From contig OZ316897.1 of assembly GCA_973895155.1 (NCBI GenBank), positions 14,941,375 to 15,005,374 on the forward strand: 64,000 nt of DNA, in the 5' to 3' direction. Positions 12,666 to 23,598 of this stretch are shown here, piece by piece. Origin of the DNA: Marsupella aquatica (taxonomy: Eukaryota; Plantae; Marchantiophyta). A program made the translations under genes and the position numbers. Numbering within the stretch: position 1 is the stretch's first letter; the number at the start of each line of letters is the position of its first letter. The notes below the pieces were generated by a model. That model was given only the letters and a program-made list of their open reading frames with translations, was not told where the DNA came from and made no database searches.

Positions 12666-14316
12666 TTGGCATTCCGACAAGATCCTGTGTCGTCATTTGT
12701 GAGGCAGATTTGTGACAAGTGGGAGATGTGTGAGATCAAAGGTCAAAAAGGAGACAAGGGCAAGAAGAAAGTCTCTAAGTCTGGAGATGCCAAATTGCCT
12801 TATGAGGACATGAAATTAACAGAGTGGAGACACATGCAAGCCTTGAAAGATCCTGATATGATTTGCCCAAGATCCTGATATGATTTGCCCAAGATCCTGA
12901 TATGATTTGCCCATTCTTTATAGGAAATGGGTCACAAATTTACTCGACACAAATTTCAGATGCAGGTTCAGAAGGCCTTCCTCACATGTCTACACGAGGA
13001 GAGTTGGTCAGGTTGTAAAACCAAGTACCCCGAGCATTGCACAGACAATGTGCTTAAGAATTTTGTACCTATTTTCCAGACATGGGTAAGATTCTGTCAC
13101 CTTTCTTCGAATGATTGTTTGAATTCATTTAATATTTGGAATCCTTGTTTCTAATTGTAAGGTTCCCTTTTGTAGAAAGATACCACCTCCCGGAAAAAGA
13201 AGGGAGATGAGGAAGGCAAAGATCTCAAGTCATTCCCGGACAATTCAATGCGCATATTGTGCAAGCGCAAAATTGGCTATCCATGAAGACTTCTAGTCGG
13301 CAAACCCAAGAGGGGGAACTTCATCCAAATTCGTTTGAGCATCCAGAGTTTGGTGATGAGCCGTATGATATTTTTACTCATGATGCTCAGCGATTACAGG
13401 AGGTGGTTCCGGGTCAGGCTTACACATTAGCTTTAGTGGATATTCCCTACGGGTTTGCATTGCCTGGATGTCTTCATGAGGACACTATTGGATGGGGAAT
13501 TGAGGAGATCACAAAAATGGTCCAATCGTTCCAGGTGGCTACTACTGCGAAGTTGTGGCATATTATCATTCACCATAGCCTTGACCAATATGAGGCCATC
13601 AAGACCGTTTTGAAAGCGGAGTGTAATGGAGGTTTCCAAAATTGTGTGTGGTAAGAAATATTTGTTTTTGAAAAAAACAACTATTAGTTGTTCATGATTT
13701 CATGAACCATGTTTCTAAGTTTAAATGACTCCTTGACTTTTTGTGACTTTTCAGGGTTAAGGATAATGTGAAGAATGCTGGTGGGCCAAGATTGAACAAC
13801 AACTTTGAGTGCTTTACAATTGGCTTTCACAGCCAGGATGGTAAACGGTCATTGGAGCACTTCAATTTTGACACAAATGAATCAAGGAACAATGTGGTTG
13901 TATGCGCAACTGTGACTAAGAAGCTGAAACACAACGGGGATAACAAGGCAGTGAATGTCTATCAAAAACCACGTGCATTGTTAGATTGGAAAGTGAGTCA
14001 TTTTAGTCAGGTTGGAGACTGGGTTTTGGATATTTGTTCAGGATTAGGGACTGGGACAACCTCCTCCTTGGCCATGGGGAGACATTGCGTTGCCATTGAG
14101 ATTGACGAGTGACAGAGCAGTGTGTTGAAAGGGAGGATTCTTAACCTTGCAGATAACATTGAAGAGGAAGACGGACAGGGGGAGACGGATGAGGAGAGTG
14201 AGGAAGACATTCCTCAGGCCGGAGAGGATAGCGTGGTTGACGATGCCACAATTGTTCCAGAAATGACAGCAGGGACTTCCGGAACCGAGGAAGGGGAAGC
14301 GGTCCCTTTGGATTAG
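12666..14316 (+). pseudogene. Beta-class N4-cytosine/N6-adenine DNA methyltransferase-like gene with spliceosomal introns (13086-13175, 13651-13754); 5'-truncated, frameshifted, in-frame TGA at 14110
   Basis: Catalytic motif IV LALVDIPY (13439-13450), then W-x-K...E-x-F, then YQKPRALL...SQVGDWVLDICSGLGTGTTSSLAMGRHCVAIEID (motifs X-I-II). Motif IV precedes motif I, the beta order. The intron splits TG|G of the conserved Trp in compatible phase. Acidic C-terminal tail. Confidence 0.85.
12847..12912 (+). repeat. Perfect 22-bp tandem triplication (AAGATCCTGATATGATTTGCCC x3) frameshifting the methyltransferase gene
   Basis: Three exact adjacent copies seen directly. Confidence 0.95.
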
Positions 14317-14637
14317 ACTAGGTAAATAGAGGGACTCGTAGCATTTGAAACCACTTGGGCTTAAGTTGGGTTATATTGTATAAAACTTTGAGTTTGACTT
14401 AAACTCTAATCGATGAGTTTGATTTTGACTACTTTTATAAAGTGCATATTTCAAGGTTTATACAATTGTGAGAATATCATATAAGATATGCTTAGATTTT
14501 GGTGGTAAAATTCTCTTGAGTCTAGTTTGGAAAATACATACCATTTTTTGGTGGTTTTTTGGTACACATTCTTGAATATCATGAAGATTTTGAAAAGAGA
14601 AATAAGGCTTTGGACTCATCCCTTAAGGCTTCTTGTT

Positions 14638-15352
14638 CTGTCTGGACGTGGAGTCCATTTGCTCGTATATCTCTAAAATTGAGGAGATTACGGGTTGCAT
14701 TCAGGGCGAAAATAGCAGATTCTATGTGGATTTCTGTACCTTGTGGGAGTCTAATAGAAGCTGGGCCGAAGCCCTCTTCTATTTGGCTAGGACCATTAAT
14801 AGTGGTCAGTGATCTACGTGAGGGTGTGATCTTGTGGAAAAGGTGTCTATCCCGGAGGATAGTATGCATAGTCGCGCTGTCAATAATGCATGAGCTAGGA
14901 GTATTTAGGTCTGGGGTTGTGGAGCTACTCGCCACTAAATGTGCCTCGGGTTGAACAGGTGTATCTGAAAAGTCTTGAAATAGGTCGCTGGACTCCATAA
15001 ACGCCCCGTGGGTCTCACAGGGTGGTGCCCTAGAGGTTTGTCCATCCTTGAGGGACTGTTGATATAGGTCTCTAAGGTGTTGCGGGATTATGCAATTTCT
15101 TGCTAGGTGCTTTGTCATGCCGCATTCGTGGGATTTTGGGCGTTCCCGTTGTTGTCGGGATTGTGACCAATCATTTCTTCGGTTGTTGTTATATGTTCTC
15201 CCACCGCCACGTCCGCCGTGTCTGCCACGTCCTTCACGTCCTCTAAGGGGCCGTTGGAAATTATGTTGTGGGCGTTGGTTAAAAAAACTCCCCCTGTTGG
15301 GAGTGTTTCTCCGGTTGCCATTCCTGGTGCGCTTAATACCATGTGTTGATGT
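14638..15352 (-). pseudogene. Copia gag C-terminus and protease (5' part of the same element)
   Basis: Degenerate knuckle CGMTKHLARNC; protease CIIDSATMHTILRD...RNLLNFRDIRANGLHVQ. Joins in frame to 9960 when the 9965-14637 insertion and one TSD copy are removed. Confidence 0.88.
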
Positions 15353-18300
15353 CACTAGAAGAAACCGAGCCATTCTGAGACCCAGCCTTACATGACTTGT
15401 GTGAGACCTTTGAAAATAAGTGACTCCAAGGTTTAGGGTGTCATCTTTGTTACATCTTCTTGACTCACTTTTGGTGAAGTTCTGGGAAGTCATGTATTTA
15501 ACTATTGGGAAAGTTGCTTCTGTAACTGAGTTAAGGCAAGTATATTGAAGTTATATAAGTGACCATGACTTACATGATTTCCTTGCCCAATACATATGAT
15601 TTTGGATCCATCATATTAATCACATTATGTCATGCAATTATATATAGTTACCTCCCTTTGCTTTAACCATCACTGAGTTGCTCTTTATTGTTCCCCTGTA
15701 AGAAAGTATACCTGACATTTTTACCCTAATTGAAGTTTAGGTAAGTAGGGCAAATTTGTGATTCTAGCTAGACAAGAACCAACCAAATTTAAGTTAACAT
15801 TCATGTACACGGCCGCAACTAAGTTCAAAAAGGTGTGAAAATTTGTGCCATGCCCCCAAAAATAATGATGCACCCTAAACCCTAATACTCTACATACATA
15901 GTTACCTTAAAAAAGTCACCACAACCAATTAGTGGTACTTGTCACATACTGCTCACACACATATTAAAACTCACTTCATCCACTAACTCATTTTAAAAAT
16001 TTGCTCTGCATATATACCCCATAATTAGCCAATATCAAATGGAACCCCCTTCATATGGGAATATTGAAGGGCCCAATTTAGGACCTCTTTTTCCTTAAGT
16101 GCACAATGCAATGCCGTTGCATCAATTTCTCTATCGGAAGCCCTCTTCCAATGAACCATGTTGCGCAATTGCAAGTTGATACAACTGGCAATAGCTTTTG
16201 CCCTAAACTTTTGACTGCCAAAAGCTTTTGTGGAGGGACTTGGAGAAAGAGAGAGTGCGCCCGCAAAGTGAGAGTCTTGTTGTTTCATGAGCGGGAAAGT
16301 TTTCACATCTTGTCAAAGCAGTCGTCTAGTGTGCGCTTGCTTGGGTGAATCCTATCGCGCAACTTGCTATCGAGTTGCATCCCTTGCACACAGAGAGGTG
16401 AAGTGTTGTTGTTTGGCAAGCGGGAAGGTGCCACTCTCACATTATGAATTCCATCCTAGGTTTACCCGAGTGAATCCTATTGACCTACGACCTTCAAAGA
16501 AGTGTAGTGACAACTTTTGGTGTGCTCGCTTGCTCACTGTGGCCTATTCACGAGGAGTGGTCTTGTGCGGATTGGTGAGGTGGAGGTGGAGCAGTACTGT
16601 GGACAGGGGGCTCTGAAGGTTTATAAGGTGCATGCGGTGGGGGTCATCCAGGACATCATCATCGAACAAAGGGACGACGACGATTGTGAGTATGAGTTTG
16701 CATTGTTCTCTACTGGGTTCCGAATTGAGTTTTGAGCTGTGGTGGCTTAACAATGGTTGCGGGTGGGACCTCCCAGGGGCAAGGGGGCGGCGCCGAACGT
16801 TCCTAGGAGGATGCAAAATAGACTTGTGCTACATTAGGATCCACATCTGTGTCTCTGCCTTGCCTTATTGATGGGAATCTACAGTGCATTTGGATTGGGA
16901 AGGTGAGAGCTGTCTATAGAATGCGTCGAAGCTGATTTTTGTTCAGATTTGGTCTTATGGAGAAGTTGATTCTTCTCTGCATAATGCTGCCTTGCTGAGC
17001 TGCATTGGGCTATGATGCGGGAGGTATTCATCAAACGGCAAGCTTTTGGCTGCAGCTACCAAGTGTAAGTTTAGGGAGTTGAGAGCGGAAGCTGCCAATT
17101 TGGAGTTGTGAGTGTTCAAATTTGAGTGAGTTGGGGTAGTGAACGTTGAGCGTCAACCTGCAGGGAGGTGCGACAGAAGTCTACTTCTGTGGCAGAGTGA
17201 GCTGAGCAAGTGCAAACTACGGGAGTGGAGCATCGTGGCTGCAACATTGACCGGGACTTTTTTTGCGTTGGGCACTGTGAGTAAGGCAGTCTACGGAGGC
17301 GCGAAAGAGTCGCGAGGAGTCGAGTTTAGCTACGGCAGTATTCACTTCAGTTGTCCCAATGTGGTTGGCGTGAGCTACAGGTGAGCTTAGCTGTGTGCAC
17401 ATTTCATGTAAGTCAGGTGGTCGGTGTTTTAGGCATTGCGGAACTTGATTGACCACCCCATGGCTAAGGTTTAAGGTGCGGACTACAACAAATATGTGTT
17501 GTTGCTGAAAGTGTTGGTGGTGAGCGACAACTGGTATTGTTTCAGCTAAAGAGAGCACATTGGAGCTTGTGTATCCATGACCTGCGACCGATTGCGGCTG
17601 CCTGCTGTTACAATTGCCGAATCAATCACGCACCCAATCTTGCGGGCAGACACAACTTTGCGGGAGTGTTGAAGGTTTAGGGTGAGCAACAGCGGAGAGC
17701 TCATTGCTTGGTGGCAGGGTTGAAGGTGGATGATCGGGCTGCAAGGCCAACCGGGGACTTGTTTTGCATTGAGCAATTGCTGCGGATTGCTACGCAGCTT
17801 TAGTTAGGGCGGCTTGGTGCTACATCGGCACAGGTAAGGCTGCAATCCCCTATCGACGCGGACTCACCTCGTGACTGCAAGTATAGTTGTCTAGATGATG
17901 TATGCATTGCGTGTTTAGGGTCTAGGTGACATCGCTGCTAAGCAAAATTTGTGAGCTGCCTAGGTCCATTGCCGAATGTTGCTTCCTTTAAATTACCTGG
18001 TGCCTGCTGTTACAATCGCCTGCTCAATCATGCACCCAATCGCCTGGAGCTCATTTGCCTGGAGCTTCATCCGTCAGATTCAAACTGTTATTGCTGCTCT
18101 GCCCTTTTGCCATGGGTTGCCGGCCTACCGGATGCTATCAACAGATTAAGAACAAGTCATATCCTAAGTCCCGGTGTTGCAGTGATGTCCCCGACCCTAA
18201 GATGCTTTCCGAACTCATCTTTCTTGTTTCCTGTTGCTGCTGATGTATGTATGTTCTCCCCTATTTTTGCTTACAGATTGGTCTCTCCACACTTCTTGCT

Positions 18301-18407
18301 TGACATGATTGTTTTGCTCCTCCCTGTATCAGAACATGCCTTGTGCCCGGCGATGGGGTGGGGGGGTGAACAGACGACCTTAAGGTTCACTACATTTCTA
18401 GGAACTG

Positions 18408-18570
18408 TGCATCTTTCAGCTGATTTTAGCCGCAAGTTCCCTTGCTTTCCCCTGTTTTTGCTAAGATCCCTCCCACTAATCACATGCATCTTTCAGCTGA
18501 TTTCAGCCGCAAGTTCCCTTGCTTTCCCTTGCTTTTGCTAAGATCCCTCCCCACTAATGACATGCATCCT
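18408..18570 (+). repeat. ~77-bp imperfect tandem duplication
   Basis: TGCATCTTTCAGCTGATTT(T/C)AGCCGCAAGTTCCCTTGCTTTCCC...CCCACTAAT occurs twice head to tail. Confidence 0.85.
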
Positions 18571-19754
18571 TTACTTTTCTCGGTGGCCCGTGCGCCTGCC
18601 TTCCTACTTTCGTTCTTATGGACTCTCCTTAGGTTTTCATTCACCTGGTTTTGGACTTTTTGCTCCGGTGGAATCTGTCTTGACAACTTGTGTTTGTTCT
18701 AATTGTTAATATCTCAAGAGGGTCATCAACTAAGCTGAAAGGAGTCAAAGCTAACTACAAGCTAGCAAATACAGAGAATGCTCCCAAGTCGAGTCAGGAG
18801 GAAGTTACTAAAACTAGACCTTCACAACTCTCGAAACTGGAAAGTGAAATTCAGCGTGAGACACGTAGCTGAAGGCCACAAGGATAACTATATGGCCACG
18901 CTGTCCCCCATTCAAGTCCAAAGTCCTCTTCAGATTGTCTGAACTCCTATTGAATGTATTGAATAATTATTTCATCACAGAAATTTTCAGAACAAACACG
19001 GAAGCACCAGGGGGCTGAGGATTGGATATTGAGGCTGAAGACATTGAGGTCATAAACTAGGTGTGGTTCGGGTGACAATGTTAGCAACTGATGCTTCTTC
19101 AGGGGAACTTCCCATGTGCAGTTTATCCACACATGATTGACTTTGGTTCTTGCTGTTTTTCTTTTGGTGTACTCTTGAGTTTGGTGTCACTCTATCCTTT
19201 CCTGTAGCCTCGAAATAGGAACACACCTGCTTAGTGGTCCCCAATCGCCCAATGATTTATAATGACTGTGTCTAGGTGATGTATGCATTGCGTGTTCATT
19301 CCAGAAGAATGAATATGTACACTTTGCACAAACCTGGACAGATTTTGAATGTTATTTATCTGAGTTTCTGTTTGTGAGCTCTGACTTGGAGCCTTAACAT
19401 TTGTGTTTCTGTGGGGCTGAGCAGAGTTTGTTCCGTCTAGAAGCTGCTGTACTGAAGTGATCAGCCTCCGGCTTGGAGGTGAATCTTCATTTTTTTGTGG
19501 ATCCGAGTGACTTCTGTCCAGCTGAGTTTTGCTTTGTCGGGACGATTGTGTTTGGCTAAGATGCTAGATTGTGGCTTGTCTTCTTGCTTCCAGCTTGTGT
19601 ATTTTCAATTAATAGAAGTTGGGAACGAAGTGATAATTGAATTTCCTTATATTAAGCATCTTCACCTAGAAACTCAATACATAAACTCCAGGATTCCCTC
19701 GGGACATAAAATGAGCCAAATTGTCTCAAAATTGGGAACCTGCACCCGCACTAC

Positions 19755-20097
19755 TCAAACAATTGTGTTGGGCTTGGTGGCCTTGTAAGTCTTCTTTAGC
19801 TTTCGCAATGGAGGTTGAATCTTGCAGTACGTCAAGGGGAACTTGATCTTTGAATCATGGAACTGCTTGGTACTTTCTCGCTTGCACAGAGAGACAGGGA
19901 CTGTCGTAGTCTTCATGATCTGGATGCAAGGGAACCGAACTCTATGACAAGAAGTCATCTCATCATACATCTGCTCTGCAGCTCCGTTTCTTGTGGTATC
20001 ACAATATTCCTTGTACATGTTGTGATAACCTGTACGACTCTGATACGTGGACCCAGATACCGAAGTTCTTAATTGTGGTGGGCTTCTTTTCGAAGAT
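19755..20097 (-). pseudogene. RPL18A: Captured last exon of 60S ribosomal protein L18a (eL20), frameshifted
   Basis: After a CAG acceptor: [15 protein letters not shown] / [46 protein letters not shown]...[19 protein letters not shown]...[12 protein letters not shown]. Closely matches the plant RPL18a C-terminal half as I recall it. Confidence 0.92.
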
Positions 20098-21105
20098 CTG
20101 GTAGACACATTATTCAACATTTGCTAACTTCGAAACTAGAAGGGTAACACATTAAACAACAGAGAAACTCACAACATCCTCCTTTGGTCCTTCAGAGTCT
20201 GTACTTTGATTCTGAAGTTTGACTGAGTTTTTGTTTACTAAAAGAATGTGACTGTGTAAGAGTTCCGTTTGGCAGTGGATTGGTTGAAGCACTTCATGCT
20301 AGTGTGTTGTCCACAGCTCTTCAACCAGCTTTCGTCTTCCTTGTCTTTCACCACTTACGATGACATCAATTCAGCTAAGACCATAGAAGGTTCCAAAGCA
20401 TCTAACTTGTAAAATCGCATTCTGTTACATCAAGGACTAAGGTGTTGGGTGCCAAAGGAGACAGCACAACAAACACGCTGAAAAGACTTCAGGACTGGGT
20501 TCAACAAGGTAGTGAAGGTGCTTAGAGCCATAGTAAGTATGCATTCTGTATCTTTCTCTGTTGATGTGAGCTTGTGCATAATGGGAGTTGTAGTTGGCAA
20601 GAGTTCCAAATATGAATAGATCCAGAAGTATGTGATCATGTACTTGCTCTATAAAGTTCTGAAGATATAAGCATTTTCTGTTAGACCAGGCAACTTGGGA
20701 GTTGGTAAGTGTCACCTGCATCTGAGGGGCTACACCGGGGCATCAGTGGAGGTTCACTTGCACAACACGACAACCAGTGAATTTTCTCTCTGCTGCAACC
20801 TGCAAGGTGAGACTTTCGGTCTTTCTGGATGAAAAAACAGGAGTTTAATATGATTGATATACATGTCCGTCGAGAATATGGGTTTATCACCAAGCTCTTT
20901 GTCTTAGGAAACTCATAAACTCAGAATCAAATATGTACTATGCACGTTTCATGCTATGTGTATACTATGACCTGTAGTTGGAACCAAGACAATGAGTGGG
21001 AACTGATTAGTTTAGGTGGTTGTTGTTGGCGAGGCAAGTCGACCTCCTGCTCACCTTGCTCATCAAAGGACGTGAACAGAGGACATCACAACGAAAGCAA
21101 CACTT

Positions 21106-21555
21106 ATGGTGAGGACCCGCAACGCTGAACATGTGCGACTTGCACGCAAGGCAGAGATGTTGCGCCTTGAGTATGTCAGACTTGGGATCCTTCCAGCCCA
21201 GTCTGCATGGTACTTTGAGTACCCTGTTGTTTCCAGGAACAACTACAGCCGGCCTCTACCTGCTTCAGTACCCTTCCCGACATCCTTGGTATTTGTGTCT
21301 CTTGTACATGACCCGCCACAAATTAGGTGCCAAGGGTGTGTACACAGTTGCCAATATGACTGTCCTGCCTGTAGGGCTTCTGGCCCAGAATTGGATGACC
21401 GTTCTCTTGGATGCCGATTTTTGCACAGAGCACAATGTATCATCTGGAACCACTCGCCATCCTGCAGTGTGCCTGGTGATGTCACTTGTCTTGCCCTCCC
21501 AGACCCCACCACCGGTGACTTTGGTGTCTACACATGTTTGGATCACATGCTCTAG
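21106..21555 (+). CDS. Cys/His-rich 149-aa ORF of unknown function (possible Zn finger), CACTA passenger
   Basis: ATG-initiated open frame with CxxC..CxxxCxxC..C..H..C..H..C..C..C..H pattern, co-oriented with the other passengers; family not recognised. Confidence 0.45.
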   Translation: MVRTRNAEHVRLARKAEMLRLEYVRLGILPAQSAWYFEYPVVSRNNYSRPLPASVPFPTSLVFVSLVHDPPQIRCQGCVHSCQYDCPACRASGPELDDRSLGCRFLHRAQCIIWNHSPSCSVPGDVTCLALPDPTTGDFGVYTCLDHML

Positions 21556-22170
21556 AGGACCACTTGTCACACCGCATGCACAGACCAGATACCATTGACC
21601 TATAGCTTAACACTCTGACTTCAACACAGAGGATATTTACTTAAAATTTTGATGTATGAGCAATTTTGGGTCCAGGGTTTAGGGTCAACAGTACATAACT
21701 TATATCCTATTATGCCTGCACTAAGCAAAATATCCTAATTTAAGAGGCAAGCAAACTCGCATAAAAGTCTCTATTGAAAGACTGCTTCCATGACTGCTTT
21801 AACCTGGTGAACATTGCAACGTTGAATGAATGTATGGGCCATGTGATAATATGCAAAATGATTTATGCCTCACTTATTTGTCTCAGCCACTATCATAACC
21901 TATTTAGGATGTATAAATTTCAACCCTTATGACACTGCTTCATACCAATCCTCTTCGAAGAATGCCTGTTTTACATGTCACGACTATTGTATGTGATTCA
22001 AATGCATGAAATGTTGTTGCAGATCTCCTTTGGTGAATCATAGCCACAATTAAAATTGAGGTGTTGGTGGAGAAATTGTATTAGGGGATCAGTTTTGTGT
22101 GTGGGCTCAACATACCAAAAGTATGTGTGCTCTGCATCCTTGTGTGGCCATTCCAATTCATTGCAGTAGC

Positions 22171-22314
22171 AAATGCCTTTGTACCTTAAATGCTAAATAT
22201 ATTTTACTTTCTGTGCAGTCTGCTAAATTGTAGAGTCTATCTAAATGCCTTTGTACCTTAAATGCTAAATATATTTTACTTTCTGTGCAGTCTGCTAAAT
22301 TGTAGAGTCTATCT
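22171..22314 (+). repeat. Perfect 72-bp tandem duplication just upstream of the PHD ORF
   Basis: AAATGCCTTTGTACCTTAAATGC...GAGTCTATCT x2. Confidence 0.93.
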
Positions 22315-22325
22315 CATGCGCAGGC

Positions 22326-23006
22326 ATGGCACGGCCTAAAATTCAAGCCAAAAAGCGTGTGACAGAGGTGAGAAACACAGGTGTACTTGGGGCAGATGCT
22401 ACTAACTTCTCTGCAAGTCAGATTTTCCAGAAGGCAGCTCATTGTTGTGCCATTTGTGACGATGGTGGGGGCCTGGTCATTTGTGAGGGCCCTTGCATGA
22501 GGCATTTCCACCTCAACCCGGAGTCTGACCTTGCTGCAGAAAACAACTGTCCAGGGGTGGGCCTCCCGTCAACACACTAGGGAGACTGGATGTGCACTGA
22601 TTGTTTGGAGAAGCAGGCTAAGTGTGCACAGTGTGGGAAGTTGGGGTCCTATGAGGGCTCTGTTGATGCTGCAGCAAATGTTAGGAAATGTCCAGACCGT
22701 TTTTGTGTGAGATTTTTCTGTTTTGAGTGTTTGCCTGCTCATGCCACAGCTTGCCCACTTCATAGGTGCAAGGCATGTGGTGAGCATGATGATGACTACT
22801 GGACTGACATAGTCCACTGTGCTAGGTGTCCCACTATGTGGCACTATCATTGCCTGAAAGATCATCAAGCAGAGGGTTATGCTTGTGACAGAGAAATCTA
22901 TGATCACTCTGCACATGGTGTTGATCGATGGATATTTTATTGTCATCGCCATGCCATTGATCCTACCTCGCGCACTCCTGTGAGAGATCACATATCTTGG
23001 CTGTGA
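22326..23006 (+). pseudogene. Stand-alone EDM2-like composite PHD-finger protein (one in-frame TAG at 22578)
   Basis: CAICDDGGGLVICEGPCMRHFH...WMCTDCLEKQAKCAQCGKLGS...CPLHRCKAC...CARCPTMWHYHCL...IFYCHRHAID..TPVRDHI parallels EDM2 (CAICDNGG..CCEG.CLRSFH...CPLHKC...CRRCPKSYH...IYC..HEID..TPVRDH). The two track ORFs are in the same frame. Confidence 0.85.
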
Positions 23007-23598
23007 AGCTGAACATTGTACATGCACAGTGCACCTGATGTGGATGTACTATTTTTTGAGATTGCAGAGATTCCAATTTTGAAAAGGAGTTGGGTAGGCG
23101 AGTTTATATAGGCAGCACTTATCTTGTGCTCTGGCGTCAGTGGCTGGGTACATGCCTATACAAACTTATCCTTACAAGCCTTCTTGGAAGTATTTAGGCT
23201 GAGTGGTCATTTTCATAAACACTTTCATCAGACTGCTAAATTAAAACAGGACTTCTAAGTTGTAAGCGTATAAATTATCAGGCATGCAATTAATCAAATT
23301 GCCCTATAAGTTTGTCATTGAATGTATCCTCCTTTACAACAAAATATGTATGTGCCATGACAAGTTGGTTGCACTTCATTTCACCATGGATATGGATTTT
23401 GTAGTATATATTCAAACAATGTCCTGCATCCGTGCAGGTGCCTAGTACGTATTGTTCACATATCCCTTGTACCTATCAAAATCGGACCTGAGCACCAGTG
23501 GGCCAGATCAACTCAAAAAGCAGGAATTTTGTTGTCCTTGTATTGTCAGGTGAACCCATTCTTCCAAAATTCACTGTCATCACGTAGGGTGTGTGTAC

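Larger units (their letters stand above)
9965..14637. mobile_element. TIR DNA transposon (Sola-like), 4673 bp, internally deleted, carrying a DNA amino-methyltransferase gene
   Basis: Imperfect TIRs: left AACAAGAAGCCTTAAATGATGAGTAACAAGCC, right (rev-comp) AACAAGAAGCCTTAAGGGATGAGTCCAAAGCC. 4-bp TSD CTAT (9961-9964) / CTGT (14638-14641). Excision restores the copia frame NGLHVQ-T-GDTRDQEVIQLVE. Confidence 0.88.
5956..15352 (-). mobile_element. Ty1/copia LTR retrotransposon, Bianca-like lineage, degenerate; interrupted by a DNA transposon at 9965-14637 and 5'-truncated at the CACTA TIR at 15353
   Basis: Order gag knuckle-PR-GAGpre-INT-RT-RNaseH on the minus strand. RNase H GYADAGYLSD...IKGDRVKHIAPKFFYTHEL is of the Bianca type. 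PPT and LTR start are seen at 6385-6396. Confidence 0.9.

Noticed and set aside
12847-12912. CRISPR-like repeat array
   Set aside because: The repeats are directly adjacent with no spacers; simple tandem triplication in a eukaryotic context.
13259-14316. Bacterial contamination as the source of the methyltransferase
   Set aside because: The gene has GT-AG introns and lies inside a TSD-flanked element nested in a plant copia.
14615-14630. piggyBac/Sola3-type TTAA target site at CCCTTAAGG
   Set aside because: The TTAA lies inside the TIR on both ends; the real boundary is 14637 with TSD CTAT/CTGT.
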